Part shown: one piece after another, positions 27,776 through 35,861 of the stretch
Position numbering within the stretch: the stretch's first letter is position 1
How the letters are laid out: each line of letters opens with the position of its first letter
Source of the DNA: Vicinamibacterales bacterium
Lineage (GTDB): Bacteria; Acidobacteriota; Vicinamibacteria; Vicinamibacterales; 2-12-FULL-66-21
Direction: 5' to 3'
Length of the DNA stretch: 64,000 nt
NCBI GenBank assembly: GCA_035620975.1
Contig: DASPFV010000219.1
Span: 6,908 to 70,907 of the forward strand
Program-made: the position numbers and the translations under genes
The notes under the pieces: model-generated
Databases searched by the model: none
What the model was told of the DNA's origin: nothing
Seen by the model: only the letters and a program-made list of their open reading frames with translations

Positions 27776-30271
27776 TCATTCCGCACGGAGCGCAATCATG
27801 GGATCGAGCCGGGCCGCCCGCCGCGCGGGAAGGTAGCCGGCGACCGCCGCCGTGCCGGACAGGAGCACGGCGGCGGCGCTCAGGGCCCAGGGATCCGATG
27901 GCTCGATGGTCGACAGGAAGCTGGCGACTAAGCGTCCACTGACCAGCGTCAGCCCGAGCCCCGCGACGGCGCCGAGCACGGCGACCACGAGCGCCTGGTG
28001 CATGACGAGCCGGACCACCGACCCGGGTTCCGCACCCAGGGCCAGCCGCAGGCCGATTTCGCGCGTCCGGGCCGTGACAGTGTGCGACATCAGTCCCGCG
28101 AGCGCGCCGCATGCGAGCAACAGCGACGTCGCGCCGAGAAACACCGCGATCGCAGTGAGCAGCCGCTCCTGCACGAGCGACTCGTCGATGCGATGCCTGA
28201 CCGTCTGGATGGTCAGGGGCACCGATGGGTCGACCTTTCTTACCGCTGCGCGCAGCGACTCCGCCAGGCCCCCCGGCGGGCCGGCGACCCGTACTGCGGC
28301 GACGAGACTTCGATCATTCAGCAGGTCGGGCGCCTGCATGTAGGGCAGATACGCGATGCGTCTGCGGTCCTCGCCTACCGATTGATACGCGGCGTCGCGC
28401 ACGACCCCGACGACCTCGAGCCGGGTGCGGCCCGGGCCCATGAAGAGGTGACGTCCGATCGGCGCGTCGTCTCCGAACTGGGCACGCGCCAGCGACAGGT
28501 TGATGATCACCGCCGCCGGAGCGCCCTCGCGGTCGCCCGGAACGAAATCCCGTCCCGCCAGGAGGGGGAGGCCAATCGTTGCGAAGTACTCCGGCGAGAC
28601 TGCATTGAGGTAGGTCCGGTTGCCGGGGGTGGGCGGGGGTATATTGGTGTCGGTCGAGAACGTGTCCCACCACGATCCCTGTTCGTTGCTGATTGGCGGC
28701 TTGAACGACAGACTGGCCGAGCGCACACCCGCGGCCTCGCGCAGGTTACGCAGCAGTTCGGCGTAGTACGGCATGAAATCCGGTGTGCCCGCGGCGCGCC
28801 GCCGCGGTGCGCTCAAGGGCGACATCGCGTCGACCGCCACGACCATCAGGTTCTCGCGGTCGAAGCCGATGTCGGCCGCGAGGAGCTGCCACAGGTTGCG
28901 CGCGAACAGTGCCGAGCCGGCGAGGAGCGTCAGGGAGACGGCGACCTGGACGGCCACGAGCGCGCGCGTCATATATGCGCGGTGCGGGCTGTCGGTGTGT
29001 CGCCCGCTGGCCTCGACGAGCGTTCGGGTTCGTCCGAAGCGCGACGCTCGTGCGATCGGAGCGATCGTGAACGCGATCGTCGAAATCCAGACGGCGAGCG
29101 CAACGAATGCCAGGACGCGCGCGTCGGGCGCGGCATCGACGACTACCGACTCGTAGCTGGTCGAGAGCAGTTGCAGGAGGACGTCAGTAGCCCAGGCCGA
29201 AAACAGCAGGCCCAACGCTGCTCCCGTCACCGCGAGCAGCAGGCCTTCGGCGAAGAGCTGCTGCGCGACCCTTTGCCACGTCGCGCCAAGCGCGAACCGC
29301 ACGGCGAGCTCCTGCTGGCGGGCGGCGGCCCCGGCGAGCAGCAGGTTGGCGACGGTGGCGCACGCGACGACGAGCAGCAGCGCGACCAGGCCGAAGAGCA
29401 GCCACAGCGCATCGCGGAACTGGCGGCGGACCGGCGACTCCCCTGATGCACCCGGCTCGAGCCCGGAAGTGAACTTCAGGTATCGCGGCCGGAAGGCCGG
29501 ACTGACACCCTCAGCCGTGGCCCGCAGAATCTCCGGCCAGATCGTCTGGAACGCGGCGTCGGCTTCGGTGGCGGAGAGACCCGGACGCAGCCGCCCCATG
29601 ATGTGCAACCAGGACCGCCCCGCCTCCGTCAGCGTTCGCCTCTCGTCCTCCCTGATTCGCGGCAGCATCGTCAGCGGAATGGTGACGTCCACGGGAACGC
29701 CAACGGCAACGCCGTAGAAACCCGGCGGCGTCACGCCGACGATCGTGAAGGGCGTCCCTTCGATACGCAGGGTCTGGCCGATGGCGTCCGGCGAGCCGCC
29801 GAACCGGCGCTGCCAGGCCGCGTAGCTGAGGACCGCGACCGGCTGCGCGTCTGCGGCCGAGCGTCCCGAGTCGGCCGGCGTGAGCAGCCGTCCGGCCGCG
29901 GGGCGCAAGCCGAGCGTCTCGTGGATGCCCCCGGTGGCCAGCAGGACCGGCGTCGACTCAGGGTCGGCCGTCCACTGCGCCTGGAACTGTCGCGACTCCC
30001 ACGCGAATACGCGCGACAGCATGCCGGCCCTCGCGCTCACTTCTTCGAACACGGGATAGGAGAAGGACGGATGGCGCATCCACACGAGCTCGTGCGGGGA
30101 GGCGACCGGCAGCGGGCGCAGAATCACCGCGTCGACCAGCGTGAACACGGTCGTGACCCCTCCGAGGCCGCAGGTCAGCGCAAACAACGCGGCGAGCGTC
30201 AACCCTGGGCGCCTGACGAACTGGCGTCCGGCGAACCGCAGGTCGCTCACCAGATGTTCGAGGAGGGCCAT
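27776..30271 (-). CDS. ADOP-family (MacB/FtsX-like duplicated) ABC transporter permease
   Basis: N-terminus MALLEHLVSDLRFAGRQFVRRPGLTLAALFALTCGLG, duplicated FtsX modules, and C-terminus YLPARRAARLDPMIALRAE. Confidence 0.9.
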   Translation of the reverse strand: MALLEHLVSDLRFAGRQFVRRPGLTLAALFALTCGLGGVTTVFTLVDAVILRPLPVASPHELVWMRHPSFSYPVFEEVSARAGMLSRVFAWESRQFQAQWTADPESTPVLLATGGIHETLGLRPAAGRLLTPADSGRSAADAQPVAVLSYAAWQRRFGGSPDAIGQTLRIEGTPFTIVGVTPPGFYGVAVGVPVDVTIPLTMLPRIREDERRTLTEAGRSWLHIMGRLRPGLSATEADAAFQTIWPEILRATAEGVSPAFRPRYLKFTSGLEPGASGESPVRRQFRDALWLLFGLVALLLVVACATVANLLLAGAAARQQELAVRFALGATWQRVAQQLFAEGLLLAVTGAALGLLFSAWATDVLLQLLSTSYESVVVDAAPDARVLAFVALAVWISTIAFTIAPIARASRFGRTRTLVEASGRHTDSPHRAYMTRALVAVQVAVSLTLLAGSALFARNLWQLLAADIGFDRENLMVVAVDAMSPLSAPRRRAAGTPDFMPYYAELLRNLREAAGVRSASLSFKPPISNEQGSWWDTFSTDTNIPPPTPGNRTYLNAVSPEYFATIGLPLLAGRDFVPGDREGAPAAVIINLSLARAQFGDDAPIGRHLFMGPGRTRLEVVGVVRDAAYQSVGEDRRRIAYLPYMQAPDLLNDRSLVAAVRVAGPPGGLAESLRAAVRKVDPSVPLTIQTVRHRIDESLVQERLLTAIAVFLGATSLLLACGALAGLMSHTVTARTREIGLRLALGAEPGSVVRLVMHQALVVAVLGAVAGLGLTLVSGRLVASFLSTIEPSDPWALSAAAVLLSGTAAVAGYLPARRAARLDPMIALRAE

Positions 30272-30492
30272 GGCGCGGCGGGAGGCAATGCCCGTGCCGA
30301 CCGGAACCCGTGGGTTCTGTCTTCCGCCTTCGCGCGAGCCGCTCTGGCGGACCCGCCGTAGCTTTGGGGGAGGCGGTCAGGGAGACGATCGGCGTCGGCC
30401 CGGCCGGACTGTCCGAACGCGCACAAGGCGGTCCCGCGGGCGGGATTTCGATGGCGCGGCATGTAACTGACAGCCGGCAGCTCTGCCGTCCG

Positions 30493-30558
30493 CTGTTCGG
30501 TGCGCAGGGTGACCACCGGATCGATGCGCGCCGCCCGCCGCCCGGGAATCCAGGCGGA
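30493..30558 (-). pseudogene. Relic of the extreme C-terminus of a third ADOP/FtsX permease
   Basis: The minus-strand translation immediately after the hydrolase stop reads SAWIPGRRAARIDPVVTLRTEQ. This matches the conserved permease tail (Y-x-P-A-R-R-A-A-R-x-D-P-x-x-A-L-R-x-E) seen in both intact copies. There is no upstream body. Confidence 0.4.
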
Positions 30559-31839
30559 TTACTTCGTCCGCGGCGGATCGGTCAGCGCCTGATAGACCAG
30601 CGCCGGAATCACCTGTCCCAGATCCGTGCGGTTTGGGATCTGCTGAATCATGTAGACGAGCACGAGCCGCGCGTCGGGATCGACGAGGTAGTTCGATCCG
30701 TAGGCCCCGCCCCAGCGATAGGCGCCGACCGAGCTGAGGCCCATCGCTCCGTACCGCTCGACCGTCTGGAACCCGAAGCCGAACCCGAGGCCGTTCGCCG
30801 AATGCAGCGTGCCGCTCTGGTTCGTCGCCATCAGCGCCACGCTCCGTGGCGAGAGCACGCGGACGCCGTCGAGCGTGCCGCCCTGGCGCGTCATCTCGAG
30901 GAAGCGCGCGTAGTCGCGCGCCGTCGACACCAGGCCCGCGCCGCCCGAGAAGCTCCTGCGCGGGCCGTCGACGTAGTGTCCCTGCCCGCGGGCGCCCTCC
31001 GGGGCTCGGACGATGGTGCCTTCGGGCTCGCTCGCGTACACGGTCGCGAGACGATTGCGCTCGCCGGCAGGCAGGAAGAAGCGCGTGTCCTTCATCTTCA
31101 GCGGCCCGGTGATTCGCTCGGCGATGAACCGGTCGAGCGGCATGCCCGAGGCGCGTTCGACCACGCAGCCGAGGATGTCGGTGTTGTAGCCGTAGACGTA
31201 GGATTCGCCCGGCTGGGCGACGAACGGCAAGCCCGCCAACCGCTCCATCGTCGCGCAGATCTCTTCGTCCTTGTCGGCCGTGTACCAGCCGTAGCCGGCC
31301 GCGGGGCCGAGGCCCTTCTCCTTGTACTGATCCGCGACCGTGGCGTCGGTGCCATACGAGATGCCGGCAGTGTGGGTGAGCAGGTCGGCTATCGTGATCG
31401 CCCGGCGCGCGTCGACCGTCGACACACCGGCATCACCCTTCAGGGCGACGGTCGTCTTCGCATACTCCGGGATGAACCGGCTGACGGGCATGTTCGGCGT
31501 CAGGCGCCCTTCTTCCATCAGCTGCAGGATCGCCGCGCTCGTGAGCGCCTTGCTCTGCGACGCGATCCTGAAAATCGTGTCGACCGTCATCGGCCGCTTC
31601 GCGTCCTTGTCGCTCCATCCCAGCGCGCGTTCGTAGATGGGTTTACCGTCTCGCAGGACGAGGGCGACGATGCCCGCGATCCGGTTCTGATCGACGTGTT
31701 CCTGGAGCACGGCGTCCAGCCGTTTGAGGCGCTCCTGCGACACGCCGGCGACCGCCGCCGCGGGCATGGCGCGCTGCGTGCCGGACACGCCGATCGAGAA
31801 CGCGAGGACGAGGAACGCAATCGTGCGAAGTCTGATCAT
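30559..31839 (-). CDS. Serine hydrolase (class C beta-lactamase/esterase family)
   Basis: Signal peptide plus the S-x-x-K motif (IASQSKALT). Length and pattern match beta-lactamase-related proteins. Confidence 0.85.
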   Translation of the reverse strand: MIRLRTIAFLVLAFSIGVSGTQRAMPAAAVAGVSQERLKRLDAVLQEHVDQNRIAGIVALVLRDGKPIYERALGWSDKDAKRPMTVDTIFRIASQSKALTSAAILQLMEEGRLTPNMPVSRFIPEYAKTTVALKGDAGVSTVDARRAITIADLLTHTAGISYGTDATVADQYKEKGLGPAAGYGWYTADKDEEICATMERLAGLPFVAQPGESYVYGYNTDILGCVVERASGMPLDRFIAERITGPLKMKDTRFFLPAGERNRLATVYASEPEGTIVRAPEGARGQGHYVDGPRRSFSGGAGLVSTARDYARFLEMTRQGGTLDGVRVLSPRSVALMATNQSGTLHSANGLGFGFGFQTVERYGAMGLSSVGAYRWGGAYGSNYLVDPDARLVLVYMIQQIPNRTDLGQVIPALVYQALTDPPRTK

Positions 31840-32218
31840 CTCGAGGCTGCTCCGGTATCGTGCCCCGGAGATCCCAGGGCACGTGAATTGGACGGGATTC
31901 TATCCCGGGCGGCGGCCGGGTGCAGAGCTGAAGTCTCTCAGCGCGTCCGCAGGGCGGCGCGGATCGTCGAGGTGGGAGCGCGCCGATCTCGTCCGGTCCT
32001 TTCGAATGCTCGCGCAACAACTCGACCGCGCCGTTGCGGCAGAACTCCCGCTCCGTGCCGCGGATCTACTCCCTGTTGCAGTCGCTATGGTTCAGTCGCG
32101 GTATACACGCCCCCCAGCGTTCACACCAGTACGCGCGACACTGTGAGGACGGGCCGTATCGGTTCAGCTCGTCACGGGCACGACTCTTGCGGCCACTGTG
32201 CCCCGGGAGGAGCACCAG

Positions 32219-32596
32219 ATGGCACGGGGCCCGCGCCAGGCAAACGAAAGAGAAGCCGCTGACGAGACCACCGGCGGTGGGGGCGGAGGTCGTGGAGGTC
32301 GTGCACGCGGTACGGCATCCCGCGGCGACACGCGCACGACATCGGAGAGCACGGGGGAGGTCGCGGGCGAGCGTGGCGGCCCGGGCGGTCGTGCGGCCCG
32401 GCGCGGCAAGGGGTCGAAACCGGACGCACCGGGCGCACGAAAGCTCGCGTCGCGCCGTGCGTCGCGGCGAAAGAAAAAAGGCGGCAACCGTCCCGGGGCC
32501 TCGGGCACCGGATCGAAGAAGCAGTCGCGGGGCAGTTCGGGGCGCCGATGGTCGGGCTCGCGAACGGGGGGAGGACGGACCAGCAAGAGGCGCTAG
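32219..32596 (+). CDS. Small highly basic Gly/Arg/Lys/Ser-rich (RGG-like) low-complexity protein
   Basis: GGGAGGAG lies 6 nt upstream of ATG 32219. The 125-aa product has runs such as [23 protein letters not shown] and SGRRWSGSRTGGGRTSKRR. Its stop is 13 nt before the DoxX start. Confidence 0.5.
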   Translation: MARGPRQANEREAADETTGGGGGGRGGRARGTASRGDTRTTSESTGEVAGERGGPGGRAARRGKGSKPDAPGARKLASRRASRRKKKGGNRPGASGTGSKKQSRGSSGRRWSGSRTGGGRTSKRR

Positions 32597-32609
32597 GGAC
32601 GAGGTGCAT

Positions 32610-33188
32610 ATGCCAGAGAATCGCTCATCGCAGGTTGAAGACGTCAGCGGGTCCGGTATCTATCCGGCGTCGGGGCCGCTCCCGCCCGGTGCGGCACCGC
32701 TCCGCACGCCGGCCGGCCTGGCCCATCCGGAGGAACGGCATGTCGGCGGCGACTGGTGGCCGACAGCCGAAACCGCAGCGCAGCTGGTGGGACGCGCGCT
32801 CTTCGGCGGCTACTTCGTATACAACGGCGTCAACCACTTCCTGAATCGGAGCATGCTGGTCGAGTACGCGCGCAGCAAGGGCGTGCCAGCTCCAGAGGTT
32901 TCCGTGGTCGGCTCGGGGCTGCTGATACTCGCGGGCGGCCTGAGCCTCCTGACCGGGGCGCGCCCGAAAATAGGCGCCGGACTCATCACGACGTTCCTGC
33001 TCGGCGTCTCGCCGCAGATGCACGCGTTCTGGAAGGAGCAGGACGCCCAGCAGCGGATGAACGACATGATCAACTTCACCAAGAACATGGCATTGCTCGG
33101 CGGAGCGCTGCTCGCCGCGGCGCAGAGGGAGCCATGGCCGCTTCAGGCAGCCGCGCGAGGGGGGCCGCTCGTCCGTTCCGGCCACTGA
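32610..33188 (+). CDS. DoxX-family membrane protein
   Basis: GAGG precedes ATG 32610. A Pro/Gly-rich N-terminal extension is followed by a DoxX-like four-helix core (FGGYFVYNGVNHF ... LLILAGGLSLLTG ... MHAFW ... KNMALLGGALL). Confidence 0.75.
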   Translation: MPENRSSQVEDVSGSGIYPASGPLPPGAAPLRTPAGLAHPEERHVGGDWWPTAETAAQLVGRALFGGYFVYNGVNHFLNRSMLVEYARSKGVPAPEVSVVGSGLLILAGGLSLLTGARPKIGAGLITTFLLGVSPQMHAFWKEQDAQQRMNDMINFTKNMALLGGALLAAAQREPWPLQAAARGGPLVRSGH

Positions 33189-33381
33189 ACGCGGATCAGC
33201 TGAGGGGCTGGCCGCTGCCTCATCCGGGTCCTCCGTCGCTGTATACTCTCCGCGGGCGTGCAGGACGCCTCCCGTCCGCGGAGAGGACCGAGTCCACCTG
33301 ACCCGGTATTCAACGGCAGGTTCCCGACGAACCTCCTTCGCCCGACTGGCGGACAACGGGCATGCGACAAGGAGGCTCGTT

Positions 33382-34623
33382 GTGTCCCCTCGCCATCTGC
33401 CCGTCAGGCCCAATCTCGATCAGCTGAGGCACCAGGCGCGCGACCTGCTCGACGCGATCAGGCGCGGCCATCCCGACGCGCTGGCGGATCTTCACGCGTC
33501 ACGCCGCCATCCAATCAATCCTGCCCATGCGCGTCTGGCCGATGCCCAGCACGCCCTGGCCCGAAGTTACGGCCTCGCGAGCTGGCCGCGGCTCGTGCTC
33601 GCGTGCCGCATGACCGACGCCATCTGCCGCGATGACCTCGACACCGTTCGCGCACTCGTGCTGCGGTACCCGTATCTGCTGCACGAGGACGCGCGCGGCG
33701 TGAAGGGGAACTGGGGACCGCCGATGTCGTATGCGGCCAACCTCGGCCGCGACCGCATCATCGGCGCCCTGCGGGATCTCGGGGCCGACGACGTGCAGTT
33801 CGCATTCGATCGCGCGTGTCTCCAGGGGCAGATCGAGACCGCGACGCTGCTGCACAGCATGGGCGCCAGGCCCGCGCAGGATTCAGTGATGGGTCCGTGC
33901 GAGACGCAGAACGCCGACGGCCTGGCCTTCCTGCTCGACCACGGCGCGGAGCTCGCGGACGCGCACGGAAACCCTCTGGCGCCAGTGGGGCTCCTCCTCG
34001 AGACCTACGGCCGCAGTCCGCAGGGGAAGCACCGGTGTCTCGAGCTCCTGATGCGGTACGGGGTCCACCTGCCGGATACGCCAGCGATGGCTGTCCATCG
34101 CGGCCGAATCGATCTGCTGCAGGCGCACCTGCGGCGCGATCCCGGCGTGCTGTCGCGGACGTTCGCTCACGAAGAGATCTATCCACCCGACCTTGGATGC
34201 TCGGCCGACCACACGCTCGCGCTGCACGGGACGCCGCTGGCAGGCGCCACGCTGCTGCACATGTGCGTGGATTTCGACGAGGTGGCGATCGCCCGTTGGC
34301 TGCTCGCGCAGGGCGCCCCGGTCGACGGCAGGGCAGCCGTCGATGCCGGCGGCTTCGGCGGCCACACCGCGCTCTTCGGCTGCGTCGTCACGCAGCCGAT
34401 CCGCCTGCGCCGCACTGACGAGTTCTGCCGCCTGCTCCTCGACCATGGTGCGGATCCGAACGTCAGGGCATCGCTGCGGAAGCAGCTGCGCGGTGTCGAC
34501 GACGAGAGGATGCACGAGTATCGGGACGTGACACCGCTGGCATGGGGCGAACGCTTCCACGATCAGTCGTTCGTCAGCCGGCCGGCGATGCGGTTGATCG
34601 CGGAGCGTGGCGGCCATACCTGA
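33382..34623 (+). CDS. Ankyrin-repeat protein
   Basis: AAGGAGG precedes GTG 33382. Repeated ankyrin-like units are present (GATLLHMCVDFDEVAIARWLLAQGAPVD; GHTALFGCV...LLLDHGADPN). Confidence 0.75.
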   Translation: MSPRHLPVRPNLDQLRHQARDLLDAIRRGHPDALADLHASRRHPINPAHARLADAQHALARSYGLASWPRLVLACRMTDAICRDDLDTVRALVLRYPYLLHEDARGVKGNWGPPMSYAANLGRDRIIGALRDLGADDVQFAFDRACLQGQIETATLLHSMGARPAQDSVMGPCETQNADGLAFLLDHGAELADAHGNPLAPVGLLLETYGRSPQGKHRCLELLMRYGVHLPDTPAMAVHRGRIDLLQAHLRRDPGVLSRTFAHEEIYPPDLGCSADHTLALHGTPLAGATLLHMCVDFDEVAIARWLLAQGAPVDGRAAVDAGGFGGHTALFGCVVTQPIRLRRTDEFCRLLLDHGADPNVRASLRKQLRGVDDERMHEYRDVTPLAWGERFHDQSFVSRPAMRLIAERGGHT

Positions 34624-34636
34624 GCGGCCGCTCTTT

Positions 34637-34682
34637 CAGGCTCGAGGTTCAGGGCGCAAGGTTCAGGCTTGAACCTTGAACC
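34637..34682. repeat. AGGTTCA-repeat element / hairpin between convergent genes (left flank of the TA cassette)
   Basis: Sequence CAGGCTCGAGGTTCAGGGCGCAAGGTTCAGGCTTGAACCTTGAACC. It contains an 8-bp stem (AAGGTTCA/TGAACCTT, loop GGCT) extended by GGTTC/GAACC. Its first ~17 nt recur at 35486. Confidence 0.6.
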
Positions 34683-34697
34683 GGTGCCGCCATCAGG

Positions 34698-35144
34698 TCA
34701 GCGCTGCATCGGTGGGATGAGCGTGGGCTGAACGCGGACGCCGAGGCTCGAGGCGGCCCTCCGGATCCGCTCGTCAAGGCTGAGGAGCTCGAGCCCGGCG
34801 ACGGCAGAGCGGGCGACCAGCGTCGACGCCAGATGGATCGCGTCGAGCGTCCGGACGGGTTCCCCGGGAAACGGTTGCCGCGCACGCTCGACGACCTCCG
34901 GCCCGATCCGCAGGACGTGCCAATGCGAGGCCGCGGCCGCCAGGTGTGCCCGCCGATCGGCGGCGTCGGCCTCCGTCAACTCGCCCAGGGCGGCCGCTCG
35001 CAGCAGGACCCGGTCGCACTCGACCAGGGTGAGATCCGAGGCGGTGACCATGTCCGCGCTCGCCAGCAGCTGGCGCACGGAGAAACTGGCAGACTCGTCG
35101 AGCAACCAGGCGAGCACGGCGCTCGACTCGGCGTACAGACTCAC
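34698..35144 (-). CDS. vapC: PIN-domain toxin (VapC-like)
   Basis: 148 aa with acidic residues at PIN positions (start of the protein; DAIHLAS) and a 4-bp overlap with the upstream antitoxin gene. Confidence 0.8.
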   Translation of the reverse strand: MSLYAESSAVLAWLLDESASFSVRQLLASADMVTASDLTLVECDRVLLRAAALGELTEADAADRRAHLAAAASHWHVLRIGPEVVERARQPFPGEPVRTLDAIHLASTLVARSAVAGLELLSLDERIRRAASSLGVRVQPTLIPPMQR

Positions 35145-35437
35145 CGTTCGCCGCGCTCTTCGTCGAGAAGCTGCCTCGCGGTTCGCTTCCGCCTCCGCGT
35201 TCCTGGGAGCGGGGGATAGGCGTCGTTGCCGGCGGGTGCGCCCAGCGTGACCAGCCCTCGCCGGGCGAGCGTGACGAGCCCTGCCGGGATCGAGGCGTCG
35301 AGCGACCTGTGCCCGGGGGCGGTGAGCTCGGCCACGACTTCACCGCGGTCGGTCACCAGCACGCCCTCCCCCGCGCGGACCAGGCGGATGTACTCACTCA
35401 GCCGGTTCTTCAGCTCGCGGACGCCAACCGTCTTCAT
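35141..35437 (-). CDS. Phd/YefM-family antitoxin
   Basis: MKTVGVRELKNRLSEYIRLVRAGEGVLVTDRGEVVAEL is the canonical Phd/YefM N-terminus. ATG 35437 is preferred over the ORF-track TTG at 35446. Confidence 0.8.
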   Translation of the reverse strand: MKTVGVRELKNRLSEYIRLVRAGEGVLVTDRGEVVAELTAPGHRSLDASIPAGLVTLARRGLVTLGAPAGNDAYPPLPGTRRRKRTARQLLDEERGER

Positions 35438-35473
35438 CTGGGCCAATGTAGCTTCTTGTAGCTACATTGTCAA
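35438..35473 (-). promoter_or_regulatory. Sigma-70-like promoter with embedded palindromic operator; probably leaderless antitoxin mRNA
   Basis: The minus strand reads TTGACA-atgtagctacaagaagc(17 nt)-TACATT-ggcccag-ATG. A 9-bp inverted repeat CAATGTAGC/GCTACATTG (8-nt spacer) spans the -35/-10 interval. Confidence 0.55.
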
Positions 35474-35485
35474 ATTTCGGAGTTG

Positions 35486-35520
35486 CAGGCTCAGGTTCAA
35501 GGTTCAATTCAAGGTTCAAA
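35486..35520. repeat. AGGTTCA tandem repeats (right flank of the TA cassette)
   Basis: Sequence CAGGCTCAGGTTCAAGGTTCAATTCAAGGTTCAAA. The first ~17 nt match 34637-34654 with one indel and one mismatch, in the same orientation. The surrounding sequence is locally AT-rich. Confidence 0.6.
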
Positions 35521-35568
35521 TACGAAATCTTCGCGAATAACCTTCGTCTCTTCTTCGTGTCTGTATGT

Positions 35569-35859
35569 TTGCGTGGAATTGGGGCGCATGCCTTCTTCTC
35601 GGCCAACTCGCTGCACTATGTCGAGGATCAGGCGGGGTTCATCCGCGGCTGCGAACTTCACATGAAACAACGGCACGCCTTTCTCATCGTCGAGTACGAC
35701 ACGAGCCGGCCCAGCCGCTGGGTGCCGTATCCTGTGAGCCGGGCCGGAGCGAGTACGCTGTTCGAGCGCGCCGGCTATGCCTCGATTCGCTTGCTGCGTT
35801 CACTGCCGTCGATCTTCCGGCGTGCGCCGCTGTACACCGTCGCGATACGACAATCCTGA
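35569..35859 (+). pseudogene. 5'-truncated class I SAM-dependent methyltransferase (C-terminal fragment only)
   Basis: The translation FFSANSLHYVEDQAGFIRGCELHMKQRHAFLIVEYDTSRPSRWVPYPVS...LYTVA matches the post-motif-III/C-terminal part of Methyltransf_11/12-type enzymes. No SAM-binding GxGxG region is present upstream. Confidence 0.5.
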
Positions 35860-35861
35860 CC

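Noticed and set aside
31840-32204. 365-bp divergent intergenic region with short hairpins (GTGCCC…GGGCAC at about 31860; CGCAAC-N14-GTTGCG at about 32010), read as a possible riboswitch or sRNA
   Set aside because: The stems are short (6 bp), there is no recognisable riboswitch core, and the context (a divergent promoter region) explains the spacing. It cannot be supported without covariance or expression data.
30310-32262. 650-aa plus-strand ORF
   Set aside because: It is antisense to the serine hydrolase (SxxK motif, signal peptide) and has no motifs of its own. It is an artefact of stop-codon scarcity at high GC.
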